Origin: a virus
Taxonomy: Duplodnaviria; Caudoviricetes
Reading direction: 5' to 3' (one strand)
Virus record (IMG/VR): IMGVR_UViG_3300048855_000223
Coordinates: 1 to 37,115 of that record
DNA length: 37,115 nucleotides
In this document: positions 1-7,804 of the stretch, in pieces
Position numbering within the stretch: the stretch's first letter is position 1
Layout: every line of letters begins with the position of its first letter
Translations under genes and position numbers: made by a program
The notes under the pieces: model-generated
Database searches by the model: none
The model's input: only the letters and a program-made list of their open reading frames with translations
Told to the model about the DNA's origin: nothing

Positions 1-64
1 TCAGGGGTAGAGCACAACCTTGCCAAGGTTGGGGTCGAGGGTTCGAATCCCTTCGCCCGCTCCA
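1..64 (+). tRNA. tRNA-Gly(GCC), 5' end cut off by window edge
   Basis: D-arm TCAGGGGTAGAGC, anticodon arm CAACC-TTGCCAA-GGTTG with GCC at 22-24, T-arm GAGGG-TTCGAAT-CCCTT, encoded CCA at 62-64. Confidence 0.95.
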
Positions 65-1218
65 GTTTTCAAGGGCTTAGCCGATGGGTTGCCGCCCATC
101 GAACCAAGCACTGGCACGCAACTAGCACGCATATTCAAGTCTTCCATCGACCGGGTTCCCGCCCGGCCGATGTCGTTTGCGATCTGCTCCAGCGCCGCGC
201 GGGCGTGGGAGAGGTGATCCGGCGCTACATGCGTATATCTCCCGGTTGTTCTGATGTTGGGCATGACGTGGCCCAGGAATCCGGCCAGCTCCATTTCTGG
301 CACACCCCTCGCCCGCATCTCGGTCGCGATGGTGTGGCGGATGGCATAGGGCACCACCTCCATGTCCAGGCCGGCTTCGTCGCGCACCGTCTGGAAAGCC
401 CCGTTGATCTTCTGCACCGCCTGACCACGCCACGCCACCAGCGGACCTGCCTTCACGCTGGCAATCCACGGCCGCAAAAAGCTGGCCATGGGCAGGATGG
501 GGCGGCGCTTCTTCGTCTGGATCCGGCCTGGCGTGTTCAGGTTGATGGTGCCCCGGTCCAGATCGCACTGGAACCGCGTTATCTCCAGCACAGCCTTCGG
601 CCGGCCGGCGGTCCCGATCAGCAGCACCAGAAACATGCGCACGTGGTCTGGCATGTCGGTGTTCCAGAGCTGGGCCAGTTCCGCGATGGACAGCACCCGG
701 TCCCGCCCCTCGCCTTCTGGCAGGCTCAGGAAGGGCATCTGACGATCCAGCTCGCCATTCTTCCACGCCCAGGTGACAGCGGCCTTGGCGGTGCCCAGGA
801 GGCGCTTGACGCTGCCCGGCGCATATCGCTGGCTCAGCTTGGCGACGGCCGCCTGCTGTGCCTCCAGGTTCAGCTCCCCGACCGTGATCCCCTCTGGCAG
901 CACCTCCAGCATCACCCGCAGGTTCCCCTGCTGGATGCTGGCCGCGACGATGTGGCGAGCGTGCTTGTCGAAGTAGCGGGCAAAGACGGTCGCGAGGGAG
1001 AGGTCGCGGGGCTGCTGCTGGCGGAGGGTGACATTGAGCGTGACCCATTCCGCGAGGGCGATACGGGCCTGCTCAAAATCGACAGTGCAGAGAGATGCGC
1101 GGCGCGTCTGTCGCGTGTCGGAATCGAACCAGGTGCGGCACCACTGCGCGCTGTTAGGACGCTGGGACAGCCAGTAGTCCCCGATGCGGCTTGGCTGCTG
1201 CGGTCCCCGGCTGGGCAA
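1..1218 (-). CDS. int: Tyrosine recombinase (phage integrase)
   Basis: Catalytic motifs TAGRP (R), YAIRHT, LGH, TGRYTH (Y); adjacent to att; TTG start; 3' end runs antisense through the tRNA. Confidence 0.93.
   Translation of the reverse strand: MPSRGPQQPSRIGDYWLSQRPNSAQWCRTWFDSDTRQTRRASLCTVDFEQARIALAEWVTLNVTLRQQQPRDLSLATVFARYFDKHARHIVAASIQQGNLRVMLEVLPEGITVGELNLEAQQAAVAKLSQRYAPGSVKRLLGTAKAAVTWAWKNGELDRQMPFLSLPEGEGRDRVLSIAELAQLWNTDMPDHVRMFLVLLIGTAGRPKAVLEITRFQCDLDRGTINLNTPGRIQTKKRRPILPMASFLRPWIASVKAGPLVAWRGQAVQKINGAFQTVRDEAGLDMEVVPYAIRHTIATEMRARGVPEMELAGFLGHVMPNIRTTGRYTHVAPDHLSHARAALEQIANDIGRAGTRSMEDLNMRASCVPVLGSMGGNPSAKPLKTGAGEGIRTLDPNLGKVVLYP
19..67 (+). repeat. attL core, 49-bp direct repeat
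   Basis: CTTGCCAAGGTTGGGGTCGAGGGTTCGAATCCCTTCGCCCGCTCCAGTT is identical to 10637-10685. Confidence 0.95.
110..131. promoter_or_regulatory. Putative integrase arm-type sites (left)
   Basis: Tandem 11-mers ACTGGCACGCA-ACTAGCACGCA, matching a pair at 10531-10552. Confidence 0.6.
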
Positions 1219-1406
1219 GGTTGAACCTCGTTCGATGCGATGTATTCGGACAAGTGGCGATCGGTATAGCGCGGCCGGCCCCCAATGATGGTGTAGCCGA
1301 TCCGCTGGCGCCGCCGCTCCCGCCGCAGGGTGTCGATGGATACCCCCAGCCGACCGGCGGCCATGGCTTCCGTCAGCAAGCGCGGCAGGGGCAGCGGGTC
1401 GGTCAT
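912..1406 (-). CDS. Excisionase-like HTH protein
   Basis: LLTEAMAAGRLGVSIDTLRRERRRQRIGYTIIGGRPRY resembles the HTH_17/Xis fold; ATG at 1406; tail overlaps int by about 300 nt. Confidence 0.75.
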   Translation of the reverse strand: MTDPLPLPRLLTEAMAAGRLGVSIDTLRRERRRQRIGYTIIGGRPRYTDRHLSEYIASNEVQPCPAGDRSSQAASGTTGCPSVLTARSGAAPGSIPTRDRRAAHLSALSILSRPVSPSRNGSRSMSPSASSSPATSPSRPSLPATSTSTLATSSRPASSRGTCG

Positions 1407-1532
1407 TGGGATGTTGGCACCTAGAATTTGGTAGGGTGCAGGGGGAGGCACCTTGACCAACGGCCCGCCCCCTCCCCCTGCGTTTCAGACGGCCCCATGG
1501 CGAGCCGTCAGAGGTTGGCGGGCCGTGTCTCG

Positions 1533-3506
1533 TCAGGCTCCGGCGTTGCGGTAGGCGCCGCGCCAGCCGATCGCGCCGGCGCCGAAGTCGTGCACCACGC
1601 GGAACCGGTAGCCCAGGAAGTCGGCTTCCTCGAAGGTCCGCAGCTCAGGCGCCCGGGCAGAGCCGGCCAGGTAGGCCACCTCCAGCACCGGGGCCAGGGC
1701 GGGCTCGGCGAACACGTACCAGGAGTTGCCGGTGAGGCGGGGTTCCACCAGCAGGGTCAGCTTTCCGGCGAAGGTGTTGGTGGCGCCCCCGTCCAGGGTG
1801 GCGGCGGCCAGCAGGGTTTCGGCCTCCGTCTCCTTATCCGGGGAGACCAGCAGATACTTCGGCGTAGCGGAGATGGTGGTCACCCCGTCAATGCCCTTCT
1901 GCGTCCGCATCGCCTTACGCGCCCCGCTGATGCTGGCCGCGTTGATGACGGTGCCGGATCCAGCCAGATTGCCGTGGTTGGCGTGGAAGAGTGTGGCCCC
2001 GTCGCTCATGGTCGGCCCGTTGCCGGAATTCGCCAGCAGCAGCTGCACCAGCACCCGGGCTTCGGTCTCGGCGACCGCACTGCCGGCCCAGGTTGCCAAA
2101 TTGGTGAAGGCGCCGAGGTCGTCGTTGATCAGCACCTCGCGGGTGATACCCAACTGCTTAGCGTGGGTCTCGACCTTGTACCCTTCCGAGGATTCGGCAG
2201 CGGTGCCAAACTTGATGGCGCCGTGCTCGGCAACCTTCTCAAGCAGCGGAAATTCGCCGAGCCGGACACTGGTGACGGTGCGGAAATCGGGCACGTCACG
2301 CACCCGGCTTAGAACGGCGCGGAGGGGGGAAGCCGACGCCGTGTAGGATTCCAGCAGAACCCGGTTGCCGGCACTGACCAGAAGGGTGGGAAAGTCGGAG
2401 GTGGTATGCGCCCCGAAGGACATGGTGGCGTCAATCACCTGGTCACGGGACATGCGGCGGGCGCCGGCATGGCCCTTCACGTCCAGCAGCTCCCGCGCGA
2501 TCTCCACCATCGGCATCGCCATGTAGAGCCGGGCGGGATCGTTCGGCGTGTTGGGCGCACGGCCGGTCATCCGCAGTGCCAGGGCGGATGCCATGGCCTC
2601 CTGGCGGTTCGCAGGATTGTCGAGGCCCTGATGCGTGCCGAAAACCTGCACGGCGCCAGCGGCGCGCTGCGGGACGTTGAAGGCGATGGCATCGATCGCG
2701 GCATCCTGCACAGCTGCGGCGGTCGCGCCGGCTGCCATCTGCGCCACGATGAAGTCGGTACCCAGCTGGGCGCGGGTGGCGATGGCATGCACCTGGGCGA
2801 AGGTGGCGGCGGCGCCAGTCGGGATGGGCGGGGCGGCGGGAGTGGTCGTCGTGCTCATAGTGGTCTCCTGAATGCTGGCATTCGCGATCGCGAGGGCAGC
2901 CGGGGGGTTGGAGAAGGCGGAAAGATCAAAGCGCGCGGCGATATCGAGAGGGGCTTCCACGCGGTCGGCAAAGCCCAGCTCCACTGCTTCCGCGGCGGTT
3001 AGCCAGGTCTCTTCATCCAGCATCGCCCGCACCCGGTCGGCCGGTTGCTTCGTGCGCTGGGCGTAGACGGTGACGATTGTTTCCCCGATCCGCTCCAGTT
3101 GGTTGGCGGTATCGCGCATGGCTGCGGCATCGCCGGTCATCTGCGTGAAGGGGTGGTGCACCATCATGAAGGCGTTGGCGGGCATGACGATCTCGTCGCC
3201 GGCCATTGCGATCAGCGACGCGGCCGATGCGGCCAAGCCTTCGACAATTACAATCTTCCGCGCCGGATGGCGGCGGAGGATGTTGTAGATCGCGTTGCCC
3301 TCGAAGACGCTGCCGCCAGGGCTGTTGATCCGGACATTCAGCACTGTGGCGGCCGGCAGTGCCTTCAAGGCAGCATCGACACCGCGAACGGTGATCTCGG
3401 TTCCGACCATGCCAAACAGGGTGATTTCGGCCGCCCGGTTCATGGCGGCGAGGGAGCTGGTGATACCGTCAGGCATGACCGACCCCGTGATGGGTGGGGC
3501 GGGCAA
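1533..3506 (-). CDS. ClpP-like prohead protease / major capsid protein fusion
   Basis: N-terminal INSPGG, AASAAS, MVHHP, ETWLTAAEAVELGFAD (ClpP); C-terminal HTTSDFP, VPDFR, LINDDLGAF, DFGAGAIGWRG (capsid). Confidence 0.92.
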   Translation of the reverse strand: MPAPPITGSVMPDGITSSLAAMNRAAEITLFGMVGTEITVRGVDAALKALPAATVLNVRINSPGGSVFEGNAIYNILRRHPARKIVIVEGLAASAASLIAMAGDEIVMPANAFMMVHHPFTQMTGDAAAMRDTANQLERIGETIVTVYAQRTKQPADRVRAMLDEETWLTAAEAVELGFADRVEAPLDIAARFDLSAFSNPPAALAIANASIQETTMSTTTTPAAPPIPTGAAATFAQVHAIATRAQLGTDFIVAQMAAGATAAAVQDAAIDAIAFNVPQRAAGAVQVFGTHQGLDNPANRQEAMASALALRMTGRAPNTPNDPARLYMAMPMVEIARELLDVKGHAGARRMSRDQVIDATMSFGAHTTSDFPTLLVSAGNRVLLESYTASASPLRAVLSRVRDVPDFRTVTSVRLGEFPLLEKVAEHGAIKFGTAAESSEGYKVETHAKQLGITREVLINDDLGAFTNLATWAGSAVAETEARVLVQLLLANSGNGPTMSDGATLFHANHGNLAGSGTVINAASISGARKAMRTQKGIDGVTTISATPKYLLVSPDKETEAETLLAAATLDGGATNTFAGKLTLLVEPRLTGNSWYVFAEPALAPVLEVAYLAGSARAPELRTFEEADFLGYRFRVVHDFGAGAIGWRGAYRNAGA

Positions 3507-3735
3507 CCGCGCTGGTGATCGCGTTCTCGCTGTCGATCTTCAAGGCATCCGCCAGACTGCCCGCCATCTTGGCGAACCACGCCCACTGCGGCGCGGTGAG
3601 CTGCACACGCGATGCGGTGGTCCCGGTGCAGATCAGCAGCTCCCCTTGGTCAGAAATGGCAAAGCCGGTCTCTGCGATAGGCGACGGGCAGATGCTGGTG
3701 GGCAGGGAGAGATGCAGGAAGTGGGTTTCGGCCAT
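3469..3735 (-). CDS. Hypothetical protein
   Basis: Coupled to both neighbours (TAATG junction, GGAGG RBS). Confidence 0.55.
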   Translation of the reverse strand: MAETHFLHLSLPTSICPSPIAETGFAISDQGELLICTGTTASRVQLTAPQWAWFAKMAGSLADALKIDSENAITSAVARPTHHGVGHA

Positions 3736-4220
3736 TAAACGACCTCCCCGCGCGGAAGCATGGAGGTCAGAGCGTCGGCGATACCCATGAGGGGCATGAC
3801 GATCGCCAGACCATTGTCGTAGGGGATGGCCTTGGCCGCCTGCTCCGCAGTGATACGCGAAATGCGGAATTCCTCGTCACCCTCGGCGGCGTTGATCACC
3901 TCGAACACTAGGAAAGAGAGCGACGGCGCGGGGCCAGTGCTGGACATAAGCTGATAGCTGGTGGCCTCGGCGAGGATCATGTCCTCGGCCATCCAGGTCG
4001 CCGCAACTGCAAGGCGCGGGCGGATGCCGAAACGGATCAGGCGGCCGGTCACGGACATGACCATGGCTTCCCCCAGGGAGAACTTCTTCCACCCGTCTAC
4101 CTGATCTTCGGCACGGCCATAGCGGCGGAGGAGGTCGGTGATAGCCTGGCGCTTCACGCCAATAGCCCTCGCGACCATACCGGACGTGAAAGGCGGTTCA
4201 TCGGAGGGCAAGGGCGGCAT
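3735..4220 (-). CDS. Putative MerR-like HTH regulator
   Basis: FTSGMVARAIGVKRQAITDLLRRY...WKKFSLGEAMVM; likely ATG at 4220. Confidence 0.6.
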   Translation of the reverse strand: MPPLPSDEPPFTSGMVARAIGVKRQAITDLLRRYGRAEDQVDGWKKFSLGEAMVMSVTGRLIRFGIRPRLAVAATWMAEDMILAEATSYQLMSSTGPAPSLSFLVFEVINAAEGDEEFRISRITAEQAAKAIPYDNGLAIVMPLMGIADALTSMLPRGEVV

Positions 4221-4233
4221 GCGGGCGTTTCCT

Positions 4234-4293
4234 GAAAGGCGCAATTTGCTTGTATTACCGTTCCAGGCAGAAAGCAAGCAAGTTGCGCCTTTC
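4234..4293. promoter_or_regulatory. 19-bp inverted repeat, putative operator/promoter of the capsid operon
   Basis: GAAAGGCGCAATTTGCTTG (4234-4252) and CAAGCAAGTTGCGCCTTTC (4275-4293), one mismatch, 22-bp spacer. Confidence 0.65.
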
Positions 4294-4299
4294 TAAATG

Positions 4300-4497
4300 C
4301 TAAGAAGCGCGCCCTCTCAGGGTAGCCATGCGATCTTGGTGATAGTGCTGGAGCGCCGCGGCAGCCTGGGCTTCCTGGGTCCGCTGGATATTCCCCCGGT
4401 GGATCAGGTGCTCATGCGTGGCCCGTAGCTGGGGCGTCTCGAACCACCGGCTGCACCAGACGCAGCGGTGGTTGCCAGGGGTGCCGTGGCGGCTCAT
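4300..4497 (-). CDS. Small protein with C2H2-like zinc-finger motif
   Basis: CVWC-x12-HEHLIH; ATGA-coupled to upstream gene. Confidence 0.55.
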   Translation of the reverse strand: MSRHGTPGNHRCVWCSRWFETPQLRATHEHLIHRGNIQRTQEAQAAAALQHYHQDRMATLRGRAS

Positions 4498-4934
4498 GCG
4501 GCGCCCCCTGCCAGGCGCAGCACGTCCTGCGCCAGCGAAACGGCCAGCAGGATCTCAAGGCTATCGCCCTCAAGTCCATAGTCTCGGGCCGCCTGCGGTA
4601 GTACGGATTCCACCAGCTCCGCCTTCGCCCGCAAACCCGCGATCGTCAGGGCGGCGGCCGAAGTTGCCGTGACCAGTGCACGATCAATACGGGCGCTGCA
4701 TGCCGTCAGACCTGCCTCTACAGCAAGTTCCTTCGGGTGCCGGAAACCATATGCAGGTAGCGAATCAAGCCGGGCCTCGTCCTCCTTCGCCTCGTAGAAT
4801 TCGGCGCAAGCGGCAAGGATCGTAGCGTCGGGTGCAGCCGGCTCGGCAAATACAGGTACGGTCAACCCGGCCAGGATCGCGGCGGCGGAGAAGCCGGTGA
4901 AGGCATCGCGGCGCTTGATGGGAAGGGTGCTCAT
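4494..4934 (-). CDS. Hypothetical protein with twin-arginine-like N-terminus
   Basis: MSTLPIKRRDAFTGFSAAAILAG; ATGA coupling at both ends. Confidence 0.65.
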   Translation of the reverse strand: MSTLPIKRRDAFTGFSAAAILAGLTVPVFAEPAAPDATILAACAEFYEAKEDEARLDSLPAYGFRHPKELAVEAGLTACSARIDRALVTATSAAALTIAGLRAKAELVESVLPQAARDYGLEGDSLEILLAVSLAQDVLRLAGGAA

Positions 4935-5140
4935 TGTGCGCCCCCGATCACCAGCGCGCCGGCGAAGCATAGGGCGGTGAAACCGGCCCAAGTTGGGCCG
5001 GTAAGGCGCGGCAGCGGTGGCAGATCGCCGTTCGCCAGATAGGCCAGGGCGCGCTGTAAGGGATGGGGGCAAATGTCGTAGTCAGCCGGTCTTCTTCTGG
5101 ACGTGCAAAGGGGTGGCGCGGTATGCGCGGCAACAGCCAT
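4931..5140 (-). CDS. Small hypothetical protein, hydrophobic C-terminus
   Basis: GGAG RBS, ATG start, coupled to downstream gene. Confidence 0.5.
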   Translation of the reverse strand: MAVAAHTAPPLCTSRRRPADYDICPHPLQRALAYLANGDLPPLPRLTGPTWAGFTALCFAGALVIGGAQ

Positions 5141-5208
5141 GGGTCGATCTCCAGAATCGTCGCGTGGTTAGGGCCGGTCGGAAGGTGCAAACTTCCCCCG
5201 GCCCGTAC

Positions 5209-5254
5209 TTTATGGTACCATCACTGCTATGGCGTCAATACCGGGTACCATAAA
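5209..5254. promoter_or_regulatory. Inverted-repeat operator at divergent promoter
   Basis: TTTATGGTACC (5209-5219) and GGTACCATAAA (5244-5254) form a perfect IR spanning the RHH gene start. Confidence 0.65.
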
Positions 5255-5444
5255 AAAGCGTGGCCGCCCCGCTATCGGGCGCGGCACCCAGGTTCAGGTC
5301 CGCCTCCAGCCCGAGCAGCTGGCGCGTCTTGATGCGTGGATAGCGCGGCAGAATGACGCTCCTTCCCGACCCGAAGCAGCACGACGCTTGATTGACGCAG
5401 GCCTGAAAGCTGAAACCGGCACGGCCATGCCAAAGAAAGCTTGA
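5229..5444 (+). CDS. Ribbon-helix-helix (CopG-like) repressor
   Basis: KKRGRPA...VQVRLQPEQLARLDAWIA...SRPEAARRLI; divergent from the main operon. Confidence 0.8.
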   Translation: MASIPGTIKKRGRPAIGRGTQVQVRLQPEQLARLDAWIARQNDAPSRPEAARRLIDAGLKAETGTAMPKKA

Positions 5445-5605
5445 CTTCCGAACCAGTTTAGGCTTGTTTTCCTAAATCATCGCTCGGAGCATACCCGAAG
5501 GTGCCGCTCGATTTCTCGATGGCTTCAGCCTCAACCAGACAATCCCCTCGGTAATCCGCAGTTATTTTCTACATTGACGATTCTACGAGGACCGTCCATG
5601 CCGCT

Positions 5606-6634
5606 TTGCGGCGAGGTGAAGGCTCCATGAACTACACGACCAGAGTGGCCCTGTATAAAAAAATCGAAGCTTCTCAATCTTCGAAAGTGCTCCTGTTGTG
5701 CCATGGAGATCGCCCTGGGTTGGAGACGCAGTTTTCGCCCGACCAGATCAACCTGTTCGTCAGCCTTCTGGATAAAATTGGGCCTACGCAGAAAATCTCG
5801 CTTGTCCTGACTACGAACGGGGGCGCGACATCCGCGGCTTGGCGTCTGGTCAATTTGATCAGGACGTTTTGCGAAGAGCTTGAGATTATCATTCCGCTTC
5901 GAGCTTTAAGTGCTGGCACCTTGGTGTGTTTAGGCGCGGATAAGCTTATTATGTCGAAACAAGCGGCACTGGGACCAATTGACCCGAGCCTTAGGCATCC
6001 TCTTGGTCCAAGCATGCCCCAGTCTCCAGAAATAAAAGTCCCTGTCAGTGTAGAGGCTGTGCAAGGCTACTTGGATGTAGCCATGAACACCTTGAAGGTG
6101 TCGAACTCTGCTGATCTTGCGACAGTCCTTGCTAGCTTATCGAACCACGTGCACCCTCTAGTGCTGGGGGAAATTTACCGGTCTAGGGCGCAAATTCGTT
6201 TCTTAGCTGACAAGCTCGTCAGAAATCAGGTCACTGACCCGGAACAGATAAGAAAAATTATCGATTTTTTGTGCGCTGATAGTGGAAGCCACGACTACAC
6301 GATAAATCGCCGTGAAGCCGAGAGTCACGGGCTCAAGGCTGTTAAGCCTAGTCATGATTTGTACACGACGATGTGGCAGATTCATGAGAGCTATTCAGAA
6401 GAGATGAAGCTCTTGGAGCCCTATTCGCCTGATGCAATCCTGGGCGGGCAGCCCTCAGCCGCCTACTCACACACTCGTGCCCTTGTCGAAAGCACTGATG
6501 GTGGCTCGTATGCGTTCCTAAGCGAAGGAACCCTAAGTAAAGCGACTATGCAGGTTCCGGGACCGTTTGGGCTTACGAACCAGGATATTATTACGGAAAG
6601 CAAAACCTTTGAAGGATGGAGGAAGGTGGCATGA
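5606..6634 (+). CDS. SDH-family Clp-fold serine protease
   Basis: LTTNGG, ALSAGTLVCLGADKLIM, LGPIDP, SHDYTINRREA; lower GC than flanks; probable ATG at 5627. Confidence 0.85.
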   Translation: MRRGEGSMNYTTRVALYKKIEASQSSKVLLLCHGDRPGLETQFSPDQINLFVSLLDKIGPTQKISLVLTTNGGATSAAWRLVNLIRTFCEELEIIIPLRALSAGTLVCLGADKLIMSKQAALGPIDPSLRHPLGPSMPQSPEIKVPVSVEAVQGYLDVAMNTLKVSNSADLATVLASLSNHVHPLVLGEIYRSRAQIRFLADKLVRNQVTDPEQIRKIIDFLCADSGSHDYTINRREAESHGLKAVKPSHDLYTTMWQIHESYSEEMKLLEPYSPDAILGGQPSAAYSHTRALVESTDGGSYAFLSEGTLSKATMQVPGPFGLTNQDIITESKTFEGWRKVA

Positions 6635-6843
6635 TCACCACGCTCTCAACCGATGCCAGCGGTTGGTACCGCGATACTGCGGCTGCTCCCACGCTGCGGA
6701 CACTCTCATCGGCCTCCAGTCTGACAGCTGCCCCGCCAGTGCGCCAAGCAGTGTTTGTCAGCAATAACCTTGCGGGCCGACCTCTTCAGCAGGCGCCGAC
6801 GGGTCCTACCACACTGTGGGCTCAGAAGGTCGGCATCTGGTAA
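6631..6843 (+). CDS. Small Ser/Thr/Ala-rich protein (70 aa)
   Basis: ATGA overlap with the protease stop, purine-rich RBS, followed by a hairpin. Confidence 0.55.
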   Translation: MITTLSTDASGWYRDTAAAPTLRTLSSASSLTAAPPVRQAVFVSNNLAGRPLQQAPTGPTTLWAQKVGIW

Positions 6844-6851
6844 ATTCCACT

Positions 6852-6897
6852 GCGAGCGAAGGGGCAGCCGCTTGAGGCGGTGCTTCCGTTCGCTCGC
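6852..6897. terminator. Stem-loop between convergent genes
   Basis: GCGAGCGAA...CCGC-TTGAG-GCGG...TTCGCTCGC; no clear U-tract. Confidence 0.45.
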
Positions 6898-7015
6898 CTA
6901 AGACCTATTCGTAACCGTCTTCCACCCTCAAGGGGTTTATCACTCGCTCGGAGATCCGTATTCAGCGCGGGTTTTCATGTTGGCGGACAGGCACGGATAG
7001 TGCGTCATCATCGTG

Positions 7016-7501
7016 CTATTGGCCGCTAAACTCCTCTTCCCATTCCCCGCCGGCCCGCTCCTGCACATTAGCCATGGTCAGGTCTTCCAGCGCACCCTCG
7101 ATCGCGGCGGCCACCCGGCGGTGCAGCGGACCATCCCCCTTCGCGACCTCCGCCGGCACCCGCAGCAGCCGGGCCTTAGACATCTCGATCAAGCCCATCA
7201 CGGCATCGGACAGCGGCTGCACTGGCACCAGTTCGCCGCGCAGCACCGCGTTCTTCATCGCCTGCCCATCCGCCTGCTCCTTCGCCAGCCGTGCCCTCTC
7301 CGCCACTAGATCAAGGCCGCCTTCCTCGGCGCTGTCCGATGCCCGGCCGGCTGCTCGTTCGCGCAGATGAAGGATGTAGGCGATTCGGCAGTCGGCCAGG
7401 CTACCTTGCCCTGCCGCGGGGAAGACACTGCGCTGCCGCAGTTCCCGCACCGTCCGGTCCGACATAGCCAGGTGGTCCGCGATCTCGATATCGGTCGCCA
7501 T
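7016..7501 (-). CDS. Terminase small subunit, lambda Nu1-like
   Basis: N-terminal wHTH (ATDIEIADHLAMSDRTVREL), CRIAYILHLRERAAGR, LVAERARLAKEQAD...KNAVLRGELV; ATG at 7501. Confidence 0.85.
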   Translation of the reverse strand: MATDIEIADHLAMSDRTVRELRQRSVFPAAGQGSLADCRIAYILHLRERAAGRASDSAEEGGLDLVAERARLAKEQADGQAMKNAVLRGELVPVQPLSDAVMGLIEMSKARLLRVPAEVAKGDGPLHRRVAAAIEGALEDLTMANVQERAGGEWEEEFSGQ

Positions 7502-7580
7502 TTCCAGCTTCTCTTCCTTATTGAGGGGCGAGCGGCGCGCGGAGGCGGAACCCCTATAGAGCGCCGCCACCTAGCCAAAT

Positions 7581-7626
7581 TGCGGGGCCCGAACCCCTGC
7601 GATCAGAAAATCGGGGGGAAGGACCC
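7581..7626 (-). other. Lambda-like cos site (cosQ + cosN)
   Basis: Minus strand GGGTCCT, 23 nt, GGGTTCGGGCCC, CGC; same spacing as lambda cosQ to the 12-nt cohesive end; just upstream of terS. Confidence 0.7.
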
Positions 7627-7639
7627 GAAGGGTGGGGGG

Positions 7640-7804
7640 TCATGGGCGCTCCTCGGCCTCGAACCCGCGCTTGGCCTCCAGGGCCGCTGTGACGGTCGGG
7701 TAGACCACCGGCAGACGGCGCCCTGGGATGGCCAAGGCGGGCCTGGGCTCGCCTTGTGGGTCCATGGCGTCGGGCAGCAGCAGCACCCGTATCGAGGCGC
7801 TCAC
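7640..7804 (-). CDS. 54-aa hypothetical protein (absent from ORF track)
   Basis: GTG start overlapping upstream TGA, GGAGG RBS; MSASIRVLLLPDAMDPQGEPRPALAIPGRRLPVVYPTVTAALEAKRGFEAEERP. Confidence 0.5.
   Translation of the reverse strand: MSASIRVLLLPDAMDPQGEPRPALAIPGRRLPVVYPTVTAALEAKRGFEAEERP

Noticed and set aside
1438-1524. Structured ncRNA between capsid and xis
   Set aside because: Stems exist (GCAGGGGGAGG/CCTCCCCCTGC) but are short and expected in high-GC DNA; at most a terminator or attenuator
1533-7626. Canonical cf-PICI or complete prophage
   Set aside because: No portal, TerL, head-tail connector, tail or lysis genes between the att sites
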